A DNA stretch of 64,000 bases from Candidatus Dormiibacterota bacterium (GCA_035534915.1 DATLQZ010000067.1:34264-98263), one strand, 5' to 3'. Shown: positions 1-10,769, numbered from the stretch's first letter. Notes: a model not told the origin generated them from the sequence alone. Translations and numbers: made by a program.

Positions 1-678
1 GTAGGGGAGATCGCGGCGACGGGTCGGCTGCGCGGCAGCCCAGTGACCCATCGCTCTGCCCAGCTGAAGGAGCTTCCATCGACCGTCATCGTCGGGGGCA
101 TCAGGAGCCATTCCGCGCTCCTCGACTGGCTCCACCAGACCAACCATGGTGTTGAGGCGATGCCGTTCCACGAAGCGCAGCCCCCTGAGCGCCTCCCGGA
201 CCTCCCGGTGCGGCGGCAGGTCTCCAATTAGGAGAGGTGGGGCAGACCCATCGTCAACCAGCTGTGCGTACCCGGCGAGGGAGAGATCCCAGCCTCCGCC
301 AGGTACGGCTATATGGAGGTCTCCAGGCCCCGCTCGCAGCAGCACCGCCGCCCTGGGTCCAGATGGCCACGCCGGCACCCGAGTCGGCCGTACGGGGTTA
401 CTACGGCGCCGCTCTGGTCGGGCCTCGCGCGAGAGATCGTAGGAGGCCCTGAGCTCCGGAGTCGCCACCTGCGCCCAGGCGGCCTGGAGCTGGCTGAAGA
501 GCGCTGTGGCCCGCGCAGAGTCGAGTCGCTGGGTGCCCGCCCGATGCACCTGGACGTCGGGATGCAGCTCCCTGGCCCGGGCTCGGTAACGGCGTCTCAG
601 CTCCTGCCAGCTGTCGCTTCGGTCCGCCTCCAGAACCTGGTAGACGTCGACCAGCCGAGAGGAGGATCTCACGGGCAT
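1..678 (-). CDS. J-domain (DnaJ-like) protein, 5' part only; the gene runs off the left edge of the window
   Basis: Minus-strand translation from the ATG at 678 gives MPVRSSSRLVDVYQVLEADRSDSWQELRRRYRARARELHPDV...ASYD. This is a classic J-domain with the HPD motif. A GGAG sits 6 nt upstream. The reading frame is open to position 1, so it is absent from the ORF track because no stop lies in the window. Confidence 0.55.
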   Translation of the reverse strand, partial: MPVRSSSRLVDVYQVLEADRSDSWQELRRRYRARARELHPDVQVHRAGTQRLDSARATALFSQLQAAWAQVATPELRASYDLSREARPERRRSNPVRPTRVPAWPSGPRAAVLLRAGPGDLHIAVPGGGWDLSLAGYAQLVDDGSAPPLLIGDLPPHREVREALRGLRFVERHRLNTMVGLVEPVEERGMAPDAPDDDGRWKLLQLGRAMGHWAAAQPTRRRDLPY

Positions 679-718
679 GAGTGGCTCCAGGGGGTGGGTC
701 GAAACTTCTGCACACCCA

Positions 719-1492
719 TCACAGGTTGAACGGATCCTGGAAGAAACTGGGCATGTGGGCAGACAGCCAGTCGTTGAAGATTGTGAAATGGTTGAAGGTG
801 ACTAGGACCCCCATCAGGACCACGACGGTGCCGCCAACGACTGATATCAGCCGTTGGTGTCTGCCCAGGGCTGTCAGCAACGGTCGGATCCGGTCCAACA
901 GGATCGCGGCCAGAAGGAATGGCAACCCCAGGCCCAGGCAGTAGGCGGCCATCAGGTACAGGCCCTGCCCCGTGGCACCGTCGGTCACCCCTGTGGTGAG
1001 CACGGCGCCCAAGACGGGCCCGATGCACGGCGACCACCCCGCGGCGAGCCCAATCCCCAGCAGGAACCCGGCGCCAAAACCTCCCCGCCGCCTGTTCACT
1101 GGGAGCCGTCTGAGGTCGTGCGAGAGCCAGCCGATCCGGATGACGCCCATAAAGGTGAGGCCGAGCAGGACTACGACCACCCCCAAGACCGGCGTCACCA
1201 CGCTCCGCCATGGCGAGAGCAGCCGGTCCAGCGCATAGAAGAAGGCGGTGGAGAACACTCCCAGTCCGAGGACAAACCCGAGCGACCCGAGCAGGACCCG
1301 CCAGCGGGCGTCCGCCGCCACCACAGCTGCCGTCCCTCGGGGGGAGGAACCGGGTCGAGCTGCCTCGTGGCCCAGAAAGGCAAGGTAGGCGGGCACTAGC
1401 GGCAGGACGCAGGGGGAGAGGAATGAAGCAGCCCCGGCGGCGGCGGCCAGGGGAATGGTGACCGTGCTCAGTTGCACTGAGTTCGAGCCCAC
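719..1492 (-). CDS. ccdA: cytochrome c-type biogenesis / thiol-disulfide transporter CcdA (DsbD family)
   Basis: 257 aa polytopic membrane protein with a CxxP-type Cys pair (SPCVLPLVP and SPCIGPVLGA), typical of CcdA/DsbD. Confidence 0.8.
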   Translation of the reverse strand: MGSNSVQLSTVTIPLAAAAGAASFLSPCVLPLVPAYLAFLGHEAARPGSSPRGTAAVVAADARWRVLLGSLGFVLGLGVFSTAFFYALDRLLSPWRSVVTPVLGVVVVLLGLTFMGVIRIGWLSHDLRRLPVNRRRGGFGAGFLLGIGLAAGWSPCIGPVLGAVLTTGVTDGATGQGLYLMAAYCLGLGLPFLLAAILLDRIRPLLTALGRHQRLISVVGGTVVVLMGVLVTFNHFTIFNDWLSAHMPSFFQDPFNL

Positions 1493-1561
1493 GTTCGGCT
1501 ATCCCCGGCGCGGTGTCGTGGCGTGCGTTGTTGGGGCAAGGCTCAAGACCGGGGGACGTGC

Positions 1562-3360
1562 TCAGGCGCCTCCGCCGGCGGCCTCCGGTGGAGACATCCG
1601 CTGCAGCTCCATCTCCGCCAGGGCGGGATCCAGCTTGCGGAAAAGCGCCTGGGGTAGAGCCAGCGGTTGCCCAGCGACGAGCCTTGTTGGTTCCCAGGAT
1701 CCAACCGCGTGGCTCCAGTCGGTCACCAGGACCTTGTGGGGGTCGCCGTCACCCAGGTCCACCTCTTCGACGACGGGTTGGGGAGACAGCAAGCCCTCCT
1801 GCCCCAGCATCTCGTGGAGCCGCTGAGATGAAAAGGGGAGGAATGGGGTGAACATGACCTTGAGGTCCGAGATGCACTGCAGGGCAACGAAGAGCACGGT
1901 CGCCGCCCGCTCGCGGTCCACCTTGACCAGCCGCCAGGGCTCGGTCTCGCCCAGATATTGGTTGACCCGGGCCGCCAGGGCCATGACCTCCATCAGGGCA
2001 CTCTTGAAGTGGGCTGTGCCCAAGAGGTCTCCCACCTGGCCGAAGCCGGAGTCGACCACCGCCAGCAGCGCGGCGTCGGCGGGATCCAGCTGAGCCGGGG
2101 TGGGAACTGCCCCGAAGTGTCTGGCGGCGAGGGTGATAGTCCTCTGGACCAGGTTGCCCCAGGTCGCCACCAGCTCGTCGTTGTTGCGACGGATGAATTC
2201 CGCCCACGTGAAGTCGGTGTCCTGGGTCTCCGGGCCCCCTGCGGTCAGGTAGTACCTCAGCGGGTCAGGGTCGTACCGCGAGAGGAAGTCGCCTACCTCG
2301 ATCACCACCCCACGGCTGCTCGAGAACTTCTGTCCCTCCTGGGTTAGGAACTCGCTGCTGACAACGTTCTCGGGCAGCACCAGCGGCTGGGAGGCATCGC
2401 CCCCTCCCAGCTCGCCCCCTCCGCCGTACCCCATCAGGATGCTGGGCCAGATCACGGAGTGGAAAACGATGTTGTCCTTACCCATGAAGTAGAAGTGGCG
2501 CGAGTTAGGGTCCTGCCACCACTCGCGCCACGCCTCAGGCTGGCCCCGGAGCCGGGCCCACTCGATGCTGGCGGAGAGATATCCGATGACGGCGTCAAAC
2601 CAGACGTAGATACGCTTGTCATCACGCTCTTCGAAGCCGGGAACGGGGACGTGGATGCCCCAATCGATGTCGCGGGTCACCGCTCTGGGGCGCAATTCCG
2701 AGAGCAGGTTGGAGGAGAAGGCCAGCACGTTGCTGCGCCACTCCCGCTTTCCGCCGAGCCAGTCGGACAGAGCGCCGGCAAAGGCGGGCAGGTCGAGGAA
2801 GAAGTGCTCTGATTCGCGGAACACAGGTGGCTCCCCATCGATCCTCGAGCGGGGGTCGATCAGGTCTTGGGGGTCGAGCATCCGACCGCAGTTGTCGCAC
2901 TGGTCGCCGCGAGCTGAGCCGTACCCACAGTGGGGGCAGGTGCCTTCGATGTACCGGTCTGGCAGGGTGCGTCCGGTCTTCGCCGAGAACGCCCCCATCT
3001 GCGTCTGTCGGATCAGGAACCCCTTGTCATACAGGGTGCGAAAGAGGTCCTGGACGACCCGCTCATGGTTCTTGGTGGTGGTCCTTGTGAACAGGTCGTA
3101 GCCGAGCCCCAGCTTTTGCAGGTCCTCGGCGATCACCTGGCTGTAGCGGTCTGCTATCTCGCGGGGACCCACCCCTTCGCGGTCGGCCGCGACCAGGATG
3201 GGAGTACCGTGCTCATCGGTACCGCTGACCATGAGCACCTGGGCGCCGCGCAGCCGCTGGAATCGAGAGAAGACGTCCGAGGGCACGCCGAAGCCGGCGA
3301 CGTGACCGATGTGACGTGGGCCGCTGGCGTACGGCCAAGCCACGGCCACCAATACATGTT
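1562..3360 (-). CDS. metG: methionyl-tRNA synthetase
   Basis: [16 protein letters not shown] (HIGH motif), zinc-knuckle CPHCGY...CDNCG and the class I core are all present. The ORF extends to 3430, but the likely start is near the HIGH region. Confidence 0.9.
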
Positions 3361-3437
3361 CGGGGGACGAGTGTTGGGAACTCAAGACCGGACCGATGGT
3401 AGCCGGTGTGGTGATCCGAAGGTGGAACAATGCCTAG

Positions 3438-4511
3438 GTGCCTTTCAGCCCGCGGGTGATGATGGTGATCGCGGACAGCTCCCGCACCGGTGGTCCCGAG
3501 CACGTCCTGACCCTGGCTGGCGAGCTCGTCAGCGCCGGTTGGCAGGCGGCTGTGGTATGTCCGGACGGAGAGCTGGGTGACCGCTGCCGCGCGGTGGGGA
3601 TCGACAGCTGGGCGCTGACCTTCAGCCGCGGTGCCTTGCTCGCTGCCCCAGGCCGCCTCCGACATCTAGCCCGTCGATACCAGGCGGATATCATTCACAG
3701 CCATGGCCTGAGGGCAGGCGGCGTCGTGCGCCGGGCGAGGGTGGGCCGCCCGTGGGTGCAGACCCATCATCTGGATGGATGGTTCACGGTCGGTCGGGCT
3801 CGAGTCGCCGTCCACCGCCATGAGCTGAAGGCGCAGGCGACCAGAGCTAGCCTCCACATTGCCGTGTCGCAGTCTGTGGCCGACTTCCTAAAGGGAGAGG
3901 CAGATGTCGACCAGAGACTGATCCGAGTCGTGCCCAACGGGATTGAGCCGCTGGAGCGCAATCGGCACGACCGAGCCACCACGCGCGTTGTGGGGGTGTT
4001 GGCGCGCCTGGTCGCGAGCAAGGGGATCGATCTGGCCATCATGGCCTTGGCCACATCTCAGGGCAGAGGGTTGAGCTTGCTGGTGGGGGGCACTGGTCCG
4101 GAGGTCACCAAGCTGGTCGACCTAGCCGAGCGTTTGGGGGTCGCGGATCGGACCAGTTTTCTGGGTCCAGTCACGGATCGACAGGAGTTCTTCGACCGTT
4201 GCGACGTTGTCTGGGTCCCGAGCCGAGCCGAGCCCTTCGGGCTGGTCGCCTGCGAGGCGATGAGCGCTGGGGTTCCGGTCGTGGCCAGCAGGGTGGGCGG
4301 TTTGCCGGACATACTGGACGCTCCCAACGCTGGGGTGCTGGTCGCGCCCGCTAATCCTGCGGCGCTGGCGAGCGTGACGGTCGCCCTGCTGGATGATGAA
4401 GTGCGCTACTGCAGGTTGTCAGCGGCCGGTGCCGAACGCGTCACCCAGCGCTTCTCGGCCGCTCGAATGGCGGGTCTCACCCGGGGCGTGTATCGAGAGC
4501 TGCTCGACTGA
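3438..4511 (+). CDS. glycosyltransferase family 4 (GT-B fold)
   Basis: The C-terminal EPFGLVACEAMSAGVPVVASRVGGLPDIL signature is the GT4 E-x7-E region. Confidence 0.75.
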   Translation: MPFSPRVMMVIADSSRTGGPEHVLTLAGELVSAGWQAAVVCPDGELGDRCRAVGIDSWALTFSRGALLAAPGRLRHLARRYQADIIHSHGLRAGGVVRRARVGRPWVQTHHLDGWFTVGRARVAVHRHELKAQATRASLHIAVSQSVADFLKGEADVDQRLIRVVPNGIEPLERNRHDRATTRVVGVLARLVASKGIDLAIMALATSQGRGLSLLVGGTGPEVTKLVDLAERLGVADRTSFLGPVTDRQEFFDRCDVVWVPSRAEPFGLVACEAMSAGVPVVASRVGGLPDILDAPNAGVLVAPANPAALASVTVALLDDEVRYCRLSAAGAERVTQRFSAARMAGLTRGVYRELLD

Positions 4512-4529
4512 CCGGTGCCAGCGGCGGCG

Positions 4530-5135
4530 CTACTTCTTCGACGCCTGATAGTAGGGATTGGCCCCCTGGGCATGGTCGGTGGTGTCGACCACGTCGTGAA
4601 GCTCCGCAAACCTCTCTAGGATGGTCGTGCGCACACCCTGCGAGAGGGTGACCTCAGCCAAGCCGCATCCCTGGCAGCCGCCGCCCATCTGGACGTAAGC
4701 GACCCCGTCGGCGATGTCCAGTAGCCCGATGTAGCCGCCGTGGGCGGCGACTGCGGGGTTGATCTCCTGGTCCAGCAGCTCCTGGACCGCCTGAGCGAGG
4801 GGGTCGGCATCGGGGTTGTAGCTCGTCTCCAGGGAGAGTGCGCCGGAGACCGCGTCGGCGTCGACGGTGGCGCCGATGACGTGGCGGGAGATCACCTTGG
4901 GCGCGACGAAGGAGATGTCGTCGGATCCACGCACGAGGATCTCGTCGTCCTTCAGATCGCCGCTCTCAACCAGTGCGAAGGTGAAGCTGAGGCGCTCGCC
5001 AACCAGACCGGCCGGGGTCACCGAAATCCAGCCCTCTGGGTGCCCCTGGCGCTGGCGGAACGCGCGGATCCTCTCCGCCCCGCGCTCGGTGAGGTTGAGT
5101 TCGGGCACCGCTGACACCTGCTGCTCCATGAGCAT
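4530..5135 (-). CDS. Fe-S cluster biogenesis protein, NfuA-like (A-type carrier-like N-domain plus Nfu CxxC domain)
   Basis: The C-terminal GGCQGCG Nfu motif sits after an IscA/HesB-like N-terminal domain. The probable start is MLMEQQ, so the N-terminal extension in the ORF track is unlikely to be real. Confidence 0.65.
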   Translation of the reverse strand: MLMEQQVSAVPELNLTERGAERIRAFRQRQGHPEGWISVTPAGLVGERLSFTFALVESGDLKDDEILVRGSDDISFVAPKVISRHVIGATVDADAVSGALSLETSYNPDADPLAQAVQELLDQEINPAVAAHGGYIGLLDIADGVAYVQMGGGCQGCGLAEVTLSQGVRTTILERFAELHDVVDTTDHAQGANPYYQASKK

Positions 5136-5146
5136 AGTCTGACGAT

Positions 5147-6394
5147 ATGGCCCGTCGCGTGTTGCTCGTGCTCCCAACTGGCACCTACAGGGCCAGCGCA
5201 TTCCTTACCGCCGCGGCCAAGCTCGCATTGGAGGTGGTGGTCGCCAGCGAAGTGGAGTCGACCTTGGGTTGGAAGCATCCGGAGCTGGAAGTGGTCATCG
5301 ACCTGGATCGCCCTGACTCGGTGTCCGAGGCGGTGGCCGGCCTAAAGCAAGCTGACTTGATCGAAGCTGTCGTGGCCGCCGACGAGTCCGGCGTCATGGT
5401 CGCCGCCCACCTCGGGCAGGCACTCGCCCTGCCTGGCAATCCGGTGGCAGCTGCCCAGGCAACTCGAGACAAGGGGCTGCTGCGATCTAGGTTGCAGGCG
5501 GCTGGCGTGCCTCAGCCGGAATGGGCGCTCTGGGACGGCGATGCACCGCCAGTTTGGCGCATCTTCCCGGCGGTGCTGAAACCTGTGGACCAGGCTGCCA
5601 GTCGCGGAGTCATCAGGGTTGACCGACCTTCCGAGCTGGTCGCCGCAGCCTCCCGCATCCGCCGTCTCTTGTCGTTGGACCTGCGCTGCCTGCAGGGCCC
5701 TATCGTGGAGCCGCGACAGCTTCTGCTGGAGAGCTTTGTACCAGGGCCTGAGGTGGCCGCCGAGGCGCTGGTCCGAGATGGCGAGATCATCCCGCTGGTG
5801 ATCTACGACAAGCCGGAACCGCTCGACGGGCCCTACTTCGAGGAGAGCATTTACACCGTCCCGACGGCGCTGTCGGCCGATGCCGCGCAGACCGTCTGGA
5901 GCACTCTTCAGAACGCTGTCACGGCGATCGGTCTGAGGCGGGGGCCGGTGCACGCGGAGCTACGCCTGGGGGCCGGGACGCCACGGCTGATAGACCTCGC
6001 CTCGCGCGCCATCGGGGGCCACTGTTCTGCGGTGCTTCACTTTGCCTCTGGAGCGTCTCTGGAGGAGCTCATTTTGCGCAATGCGCTCGGAGATTCGTTA
6101 CCAAACACCACCCTCATGAAGGGGGGTTACGGCGTGATGATGCTGCCGGTGCCGGGAGCTGGTTGGCTGAGGGAGGTCGCCGGTCGAGAGGAGGCGCTCG
6201 CGCTGCCCGGAGTCGAAGGTATGGAGATCTGCATACCCGTCGGGGGATGGGTACAGCCACCGCCAGAAGGGGATAGGTACCTCGGGTTCCTCTTCGCCAG
6301 CGGGAAGGATGGCGCCGAGGCCGCCGAGGTGCTGACCAAGGCGCAGGCACGGCTTAAGTTCGTCATCGATGAGGAGGCCCAGGGGGGCCGCTGA
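5147..6394 (+). CDS. ATP-grasp domain protein
   Basis: 415 aa with ATP-grasp fold segments (KPVDQAASRGVIRV...). The substrate is unknown. Confidence 0.55.
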   Translation: MARRVLLVLPTGTYRASAFLTAAAKLALEVVVASEVESTLGWKHPELEVVIDLDRPDSVSEAVAGLKQADLIEAVVAADESGVMVAAHLGQALALPGNPVAAAQATRDKGLLRSRLQAAGVPQPEWALWDGDAPPVWRIFPAVLKPVDQAASRGVIRVDRPSELVAAASRIRRLLSLDLRCLQGPIVEPRQLLLESFVPGPEVAAEALVRDGEIIPLVIYDKPEPLDGPYFEESIYTVPTALSADAAQTVWSTLQNAVTAIGLRRGPVHAELRLGAGTPRLIDLASRAIGGHCSAVLHFASGASLEELILRNALGDSLPNTTLMKGGYGVMMLPVPGAGWLREVAGREEALALPGVEGMEICIPVGGWVQPPPEGDRYLGFLFASGKDGAEAAEVLTKAQARLKFVIDEEAQGGR

Positions 6395-6415
6395 GCGGCC
6401 GTGCCCCTGAGCCAA

Positions 6416-7705
6416 TCAGCCCGCCAGGTGGCGCATCTCCGATCCGACGTAGAGCTGGCGGGGGCGTCCGATCCGCTGCTCGGGGTCGAGGAGACCCTCT
6501 TCCCAATGAGCCAGCCACCCCGGGGTACGGCCGATGGCGAACAGGACCGGGAACATCTCAACTGGGATTCCCATCGCCAGGTAGATGATTCCTGAGTAGA
6601 AGTCCACATTCGGGTAGAGTCTGTGGCTGATGAAGTAGTCGTCTGCTAGGGCGATCCGCTCCACCTCTAGGGCGATGTCGAGCAGGGGGCTCCGCCCCGT
6701 CACCTCAAAGACCTGGTCGGCCACCTTCTTGATCAGCTGGGCCCGGGGGTCGAAGTTCTTGTACACCCGATGGCCGAAGCCCATGAGGCGGAACTCACCA
6801 GCCTTGACCCGCCGAATGTAATCCGGGATCTTCTCCACTGTGCCGATTGCCCGCAGCATGCGCAGGACCTGCTCGTTGGCACCGCCGTGAAGCGGGCCGT
6901 AAAGGGCGGCGCAGGCGGCGGACAGGGCCGCGTAAGGGTCGGCCTCAGAGCTCCCCACCAGCCTCATGGTGCTGGTCGAGCAGTTCTGCTCATGATCCGC
7001 GTGAAGCACCAAGAGCACGTTGAGGGCGTTCTCGAGGATGGGGTTGGGTTGGTACTTGAGCTCGGTCGCGCGCCACATCATGTTGAGGAAGTTGCCGGCG
7101 TAGGAGAGGTCGTCATCCGGGTAGGCGTAGTAAAGCCCCATCGCATGGCGGTACGCGAAGGCCGCCAGGGTCGGCATCTTGGCGATCAGGCGGACGATCT
7201 GCCGGTGTCGGATCTCAGGGTCCCGGAGCTGCTTCGACTCGGGGTAGAAGGTGGAGAGCGCCCCCACCGCTGACACCAGCATCCCCATCGGGTGGGCATC
7301 GTGATGAAAGCCGTCGATGAAGTGCTTGAGGGTCTCGTGGATGAAGGTGTGGTTGGTGATCTCGTCGGTCCAGGCCCGGAGCTGGTCGCCATCTGGTAGT
7401 TCCCCGGTGAGGAGGAGGTAGGCGATCTCGAGGAAACTCCGGCTCTCCGCCAGCTCTTCGATGGGGTAGCCGCGGTATCTGAGGATTCCCTTGTCACCGT
7501 CTATGTAGGTGATGTGGCTGCGGCAGCTGGCGGTGTTTTGAAAGGCGGGGTCATAGGCCATAAGGCCGAAGTCGTCATCACCCGCCTTGATCTGGCGCAG
7601 ATCAAGGGTTCGGATGGCCCCGTCCATGATCGGCAGCTCGTAGCTCCTGCCGGTCCGCGAGTCGGTGACCGTCAGCGCCCCCTCTGATCCTTGCGCCATC
7701 TCCAA
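6416..7705 (-). CDS. gltA: citrate synthase (type II)
   Basis: 429 aa with strong citrate synthase similarity throughout, including the His/Asp catalytic regions. Confidence 0.9.
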   Translation of the reverse strand: MEMAQGSEGALTVTDSRTGRSYELPIMDGAIRTLDLRQIKAGDDDFGLMAYDPAFQNTASCRSHITYIDGDKGILRYRGYPIEELAESRSFLEIAYLLLTGELPDGDQLRAWTDEITNHTFIHETLKHFIDGFHHDAHPMGMLVSAVGALSTFYPESKQLRDPEIRHRQIVRLIAKMPTLAAFAYRHAMGLYYAYPDDDLSYAGNFLNMMWRATELKYQPNPILENALNVLLVLHADHEQNCSTSTMRLVGSSEADPYAALSAACAALYGPLHGGANEQVLRMLRAIGTVEKIPDYIRRVKAGEFRLMGFGHRVYKNFDPRAQLIKKVADQVFEVTGRSPLLDIALEVERIALADDYFISHRLYPNVDFYSGIIYLAMGIPVEMFPVLFAIGRTPGWLAHWEEGLLDPEQRIGRPRQLYVGSEMRHLAG

Positions 7706-8058
7706 CCTCCTACTCTGCAGGGTCCTGGCCCTGGTTCAATTCGCCGTCATTCGGTCCCAAGCCACTTCCCCGGCGGTTTTCCCACTGCTCATCTTCCCGC
7801 TTCAAGATCTGTCCTTGCGCCTCCGGTAGCGGCGGCCCGGCGGAGGTGAGGCCTTCGGGCAACGACCCGGCCGGTTCCAGGCGGAACTGACTGCTCAGCT
7901 GAGGCGGGACTCGTAGAGGGCCTGGTCCAAATCTGGCGACAGCACCCGGCAGAGCCCGGGGTCGGATCCGCGGCCGAAGGCTGCCGCGCAATCGAGCTTC
8001 CACGAACGGCACTTCCGGCTCCGGCCCTCGCCAGCCACCTTGGCCGGACGGATCCAGG

Positions 8059-8916
8059 GTGGCAGTGACCAATTCAAAGGCGCGTGATTCGGCGGAGCCT
8101 ATCCTCGGCCGAGAGGAGATTTTGGAGCAGCTGGCTCAGGGAGTTCGGTCACTGACTGCCTCAGAAAGCTGGATGAACTGGCTCCGGGTCTGCAGACGCT
8201 TTCGGCGGTACAGCTTCCACAACCAGATCCTCATCATCCGCCAACGGCCCACCGCAACGTGGGTGGCCGGCTACCGCACCTGGCAGGGCCTCGGGCGCCA
8301 GGTGTGCCGCGGGGAACGCGGGCTGGCGATCCTGGCGCCGCTGCAACTCCCCGGGCGTACGGACGAGCCGACCGACGAGCCACTCCTACCCCGGGCGACC
8401 GCGTTCCGGGTGGTTCGGGTCTTCGACTTGGCACAGACGACGGGGCCGCCGCTGCCGACGCCGGTCGCGGACCTCGACGACGGCAGGTGTCATCCCGAGC
8501 TGGACATGCTTCTGCAGCGGGCCGACGAGGCGGGGTTCTCGGTGGAATTCTGGGAGCTCCGCGGTGAGCTTCACGGCGACTGCAGTCACGCGCTGCGACG
8601 TATCCGCCTCGCCCGCAGCATGCCTCCGGCTCAGATGACCAAGACCCTCTGCCATGAACTTGCGCACGCCCTGATGCACGGACCCGAGTACGAGAGTGGG
8701 CGTGCGTTGGCAGAACTGGAGGCTGAGAGCGTCGCCTATGTAGTCTGTCACGACTTGGGTATTGACAGCTCTGGGTACAGCTTCGGCTATCTGGCGAGCT
8801 GGGCAGGTGGCGGGCTTGAGGCAGAGCGAGCCATCGCTGCCTCTGCGACCAGGATCGCCAGAGCAGCCAGCGAGATCCTGGGGACATTGGCGCCGGTGTC
8901 ACCTGGCGCGGTCTAG
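8059..8916 (+). CDS. ArdC-like protein: N-terminal ssDNA-binding ArdC_N (DUF1738) domain plus C-terminal HExxH zincin (SprT-like) metalloprotease
   Basis: YSFHNQILII...TWQGLGRQVCRGERGLAI matches the ArdC_N core. HELAHALMH is the HExxH motif. The gene starts with GTG. Confidence 0.6.
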   Translation: MAVTNSKARDSAEPILGREEILEQLAQGVRSLTASESWMNWLRVCRRFRRYSFHNQILIIRQRPTATWVAGYRTWQGLGRQVCRGERGLAILAPLQLPGRTDEPTDEPLLPRATAFRVVRVFDLAQTTGPPLPTPVADLDDGRCHPELDMLLQRADEAGFSVEFWELRGELHGDCSHALRRIRLARSMPPAQMTKTLCHELAHALMHGPEYESGRALAELEAESVAYVVCHDLGIDSSGYSFGYLASWAGGGLEAERAIAASATRIARAASEILGTLAPVSPGAV

Positions 8917-8955
8917 CCAGTCTGACCGTCGCCAGCCACGCCGACCGGCTTATCG

Positions 8956-10704
8956 TTGGCACAGCCACCAATGAGCGTCAGTTCCAATGATCAGCCCGAG
9001 GTCGACAGCAACCAATCAGCCCGGCGCTCTCATACCCAACAGGAGGCGATGGTTGAGGCCGGCATGCTGCTTGCCTCGGAGCTGGCGCTCCCCAGGGTGT
9101 TGCAGCGCTTGGTCGAGTTGGCGACGCAGTTCACCCGGGCCCGGTACGGCGCTCTTGGAGTGCTCGCCGGAGATGGGTCGATCGGGGAATTCATCACGGT
9201 TGGGCTCTCCGACTCCGAGCGCCAAGCGATCGGCGATCCGCCGAAGGGTAGAGGAGTTCTGGGACTCCTGATCAAGGATCCCGCGCCGCTGCGCGTAGAC
9301 CGCATCCAGGAACACCCCGAATCGGTCGGTTTCCCCCCCCACCACCCCCGGATGACCAGCTTTCTGGGCGCTCCGGTGCGAGCACAGGGGCGGGTCTTCG
9401 GAAATCTGTACCTAACCGAGAAGGTTGGAGGCGGCTCCTTCGACGCCGCCGATGAGCAGTTGCTGACGACTCTCGCCGGGCAGGCCGGAGTCGCGATCGC
9501 GAATTCGCAGAGCTTTGAGGAGCTGCGTCAGCGGGAGCGTTGGCTGCAGGCGCTCCACGCGATCAATTCCGCCATGCTTTCCGGCGGGTCCACCGAGGCG
9601 CTGCACGCAGCCATCGTGAAGGTGGCTCGAGAGATGACCGATTCCGTGCTCAGCGCGGTGGTCCGGCCCCGCGACGGAGATCCCAGGAGACTCTGGGTGA
9701 CGGCCGTCGACGGCCGGGGGGCTCACCGGCTTGAGCATCTGGAGCTGCCCGCTTCCGGGACCGCCTCCCACGCCGTCATGCGCAGCGGTCGCCCTCGGCT
9801 GTTGGAGACCGGCAGTGCCCAGGCGGCGTGGTTCGCCAAGGCAGGAGTTGACATCGGACCACTGATGGTGGTGCCGTTGACTGTCCGCCAGCGGACGGAG
9901 GGGACTATTCTCATCGCCCGTGGGCTCGGGGCAAGCTCCTTTCGACAGGAGGATCTGAGCCTGGTGGAAAGCTTCGCCAGCCAGGCAGCGCTGGCGATCG
10001 ACTACCTACAGATCCAGGAGCAGCTGCAGCATCTCGCCGTCCTCCAGGAGCGCCAGCGAATCGCTCGCGATATTCACGACGATCCGGTGCAGGCGGTGAT
10101 ATATCTAGCTCGTCGCCTGGAGTTTCTCGCGGCCGCTCCCGAGTTGACCGGTCTGGCGGCACGGCAGCTCGAGCAGGTGCGGAGCCTGGCAGTAGCGGTG
10201 GCCGACGGCCTTCGTCAGCTCACCGAGGGGCTGCGCTCAGAGACCCTCGAGGAGCACGGGATCGGACCGGCGCTGACTGAGTTGGGTCAGCGCTTCGAGG
10301 ATCGGTCTGGGGTCAGAGTCGAGGTGCGAACGACTGGCGACGTGACCCGGTGGCCGGAGGCGCTGGAGCGCGGATGGCTGCGCATCGCCCAGGAGGCGAT
10401 CTCCAACGTGGAGCGTCACGCCGGCGCCAGCCGGGTCGGGATTCGAGTGGATCAAAGGGAAGGCCGGCTGCGCATGGCCATCCAAGATGATGGGGTGGGG
10501 TTTCGCGCTAGAAAGGGCCGAGCTCCCCAGGAGGGCCTCGGTATGCTCGGGATGAGGGAAAGGGCACAGCTCCTGGGCGGATCTCTGTGGGTGCGGTCGC
10601 GCCCTGGGCGTGGAACTCTAGTGGTGGTCCGCGTGAGGAGAGATGCGGTCAATGGCGAGGGCCAGGTTCAGCCGCATTGCGAGTCCATGGAGGCAAACAC
10701 CTAG
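8956..10704 (+). CDS. tandem-GAF sensor histidine kinase (HisKA_3 plus HATPase_c), DosS/DevS-like architecture
   Basis: Two GAF-like regions are followed by ERQRIARDIHDDPVQ (HisKA_3 H-box) and a GHKL ATPase (DDGVGF...GLGMLGMRERA). Confidence 0.8.
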   Translation: MAQPPMSVSSNDQPEVDSNQSARRSHTQQEAMVEAGMLLASELALPRVLQRLVELATQFTRARYGALGVLAGDGSIGEFITVGLSDSERQAIGDPPKGRGVLGLLIKDPAPLRVDRIQEHPESVGFPPHHPRMTSFLGAPVRAQGRVFGNLYLTEKVGGGSFDAADEQLLTTLAGQAGVAIANSQSFEELRQRERWLQALHAINSAMLSGGSTEALHAAIVKVAREMTDSVLSAVVRPRDGDPRRLWVTAVDGRGAHRLEHLELPASGTASHAVMRSGRPRLLETGSAQAAWFAKAGVDIGPLMVVPLTVRQRTEGTILIARGLGASSFRQEDLSLVESFASQAALAIDYLQIQEQLQHLAVLQERQRIARDIHDDPVQAVIYLARRLEFLAAAPELTGLAARQLEQVRSLAVAVADGLRQLTEGLRSETLEEHGIGPALTELGQRFEDRSGVRVEVRTTGDVTRWPEALERGWLRIAQEAISNVERHAGASRVGIRVDQREGRLRMAIQDDGVGFRARKGRAPQEGLGMLGMRERAQLLGGSLWVRSRPGRGTLVVVRVRRDAVNGEGQVQPHCESMEANT

Positions 10705-10769
10705 GGCGAGCCAGGGTTTACGACCGAGTGGTGTCACCGCTTTCCGGTTAGCGTTGGGAAGGAGAGATA

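Noticed and set aside
669-1399. Several ORFs of 180-260 aa antisense to or overlapping ccdA
   Set aside because: Arg/Pro/Gly-rich and low complexity. They are high-GC frame artifacts, and ccdA is the only frame with a membrane-protein signature.
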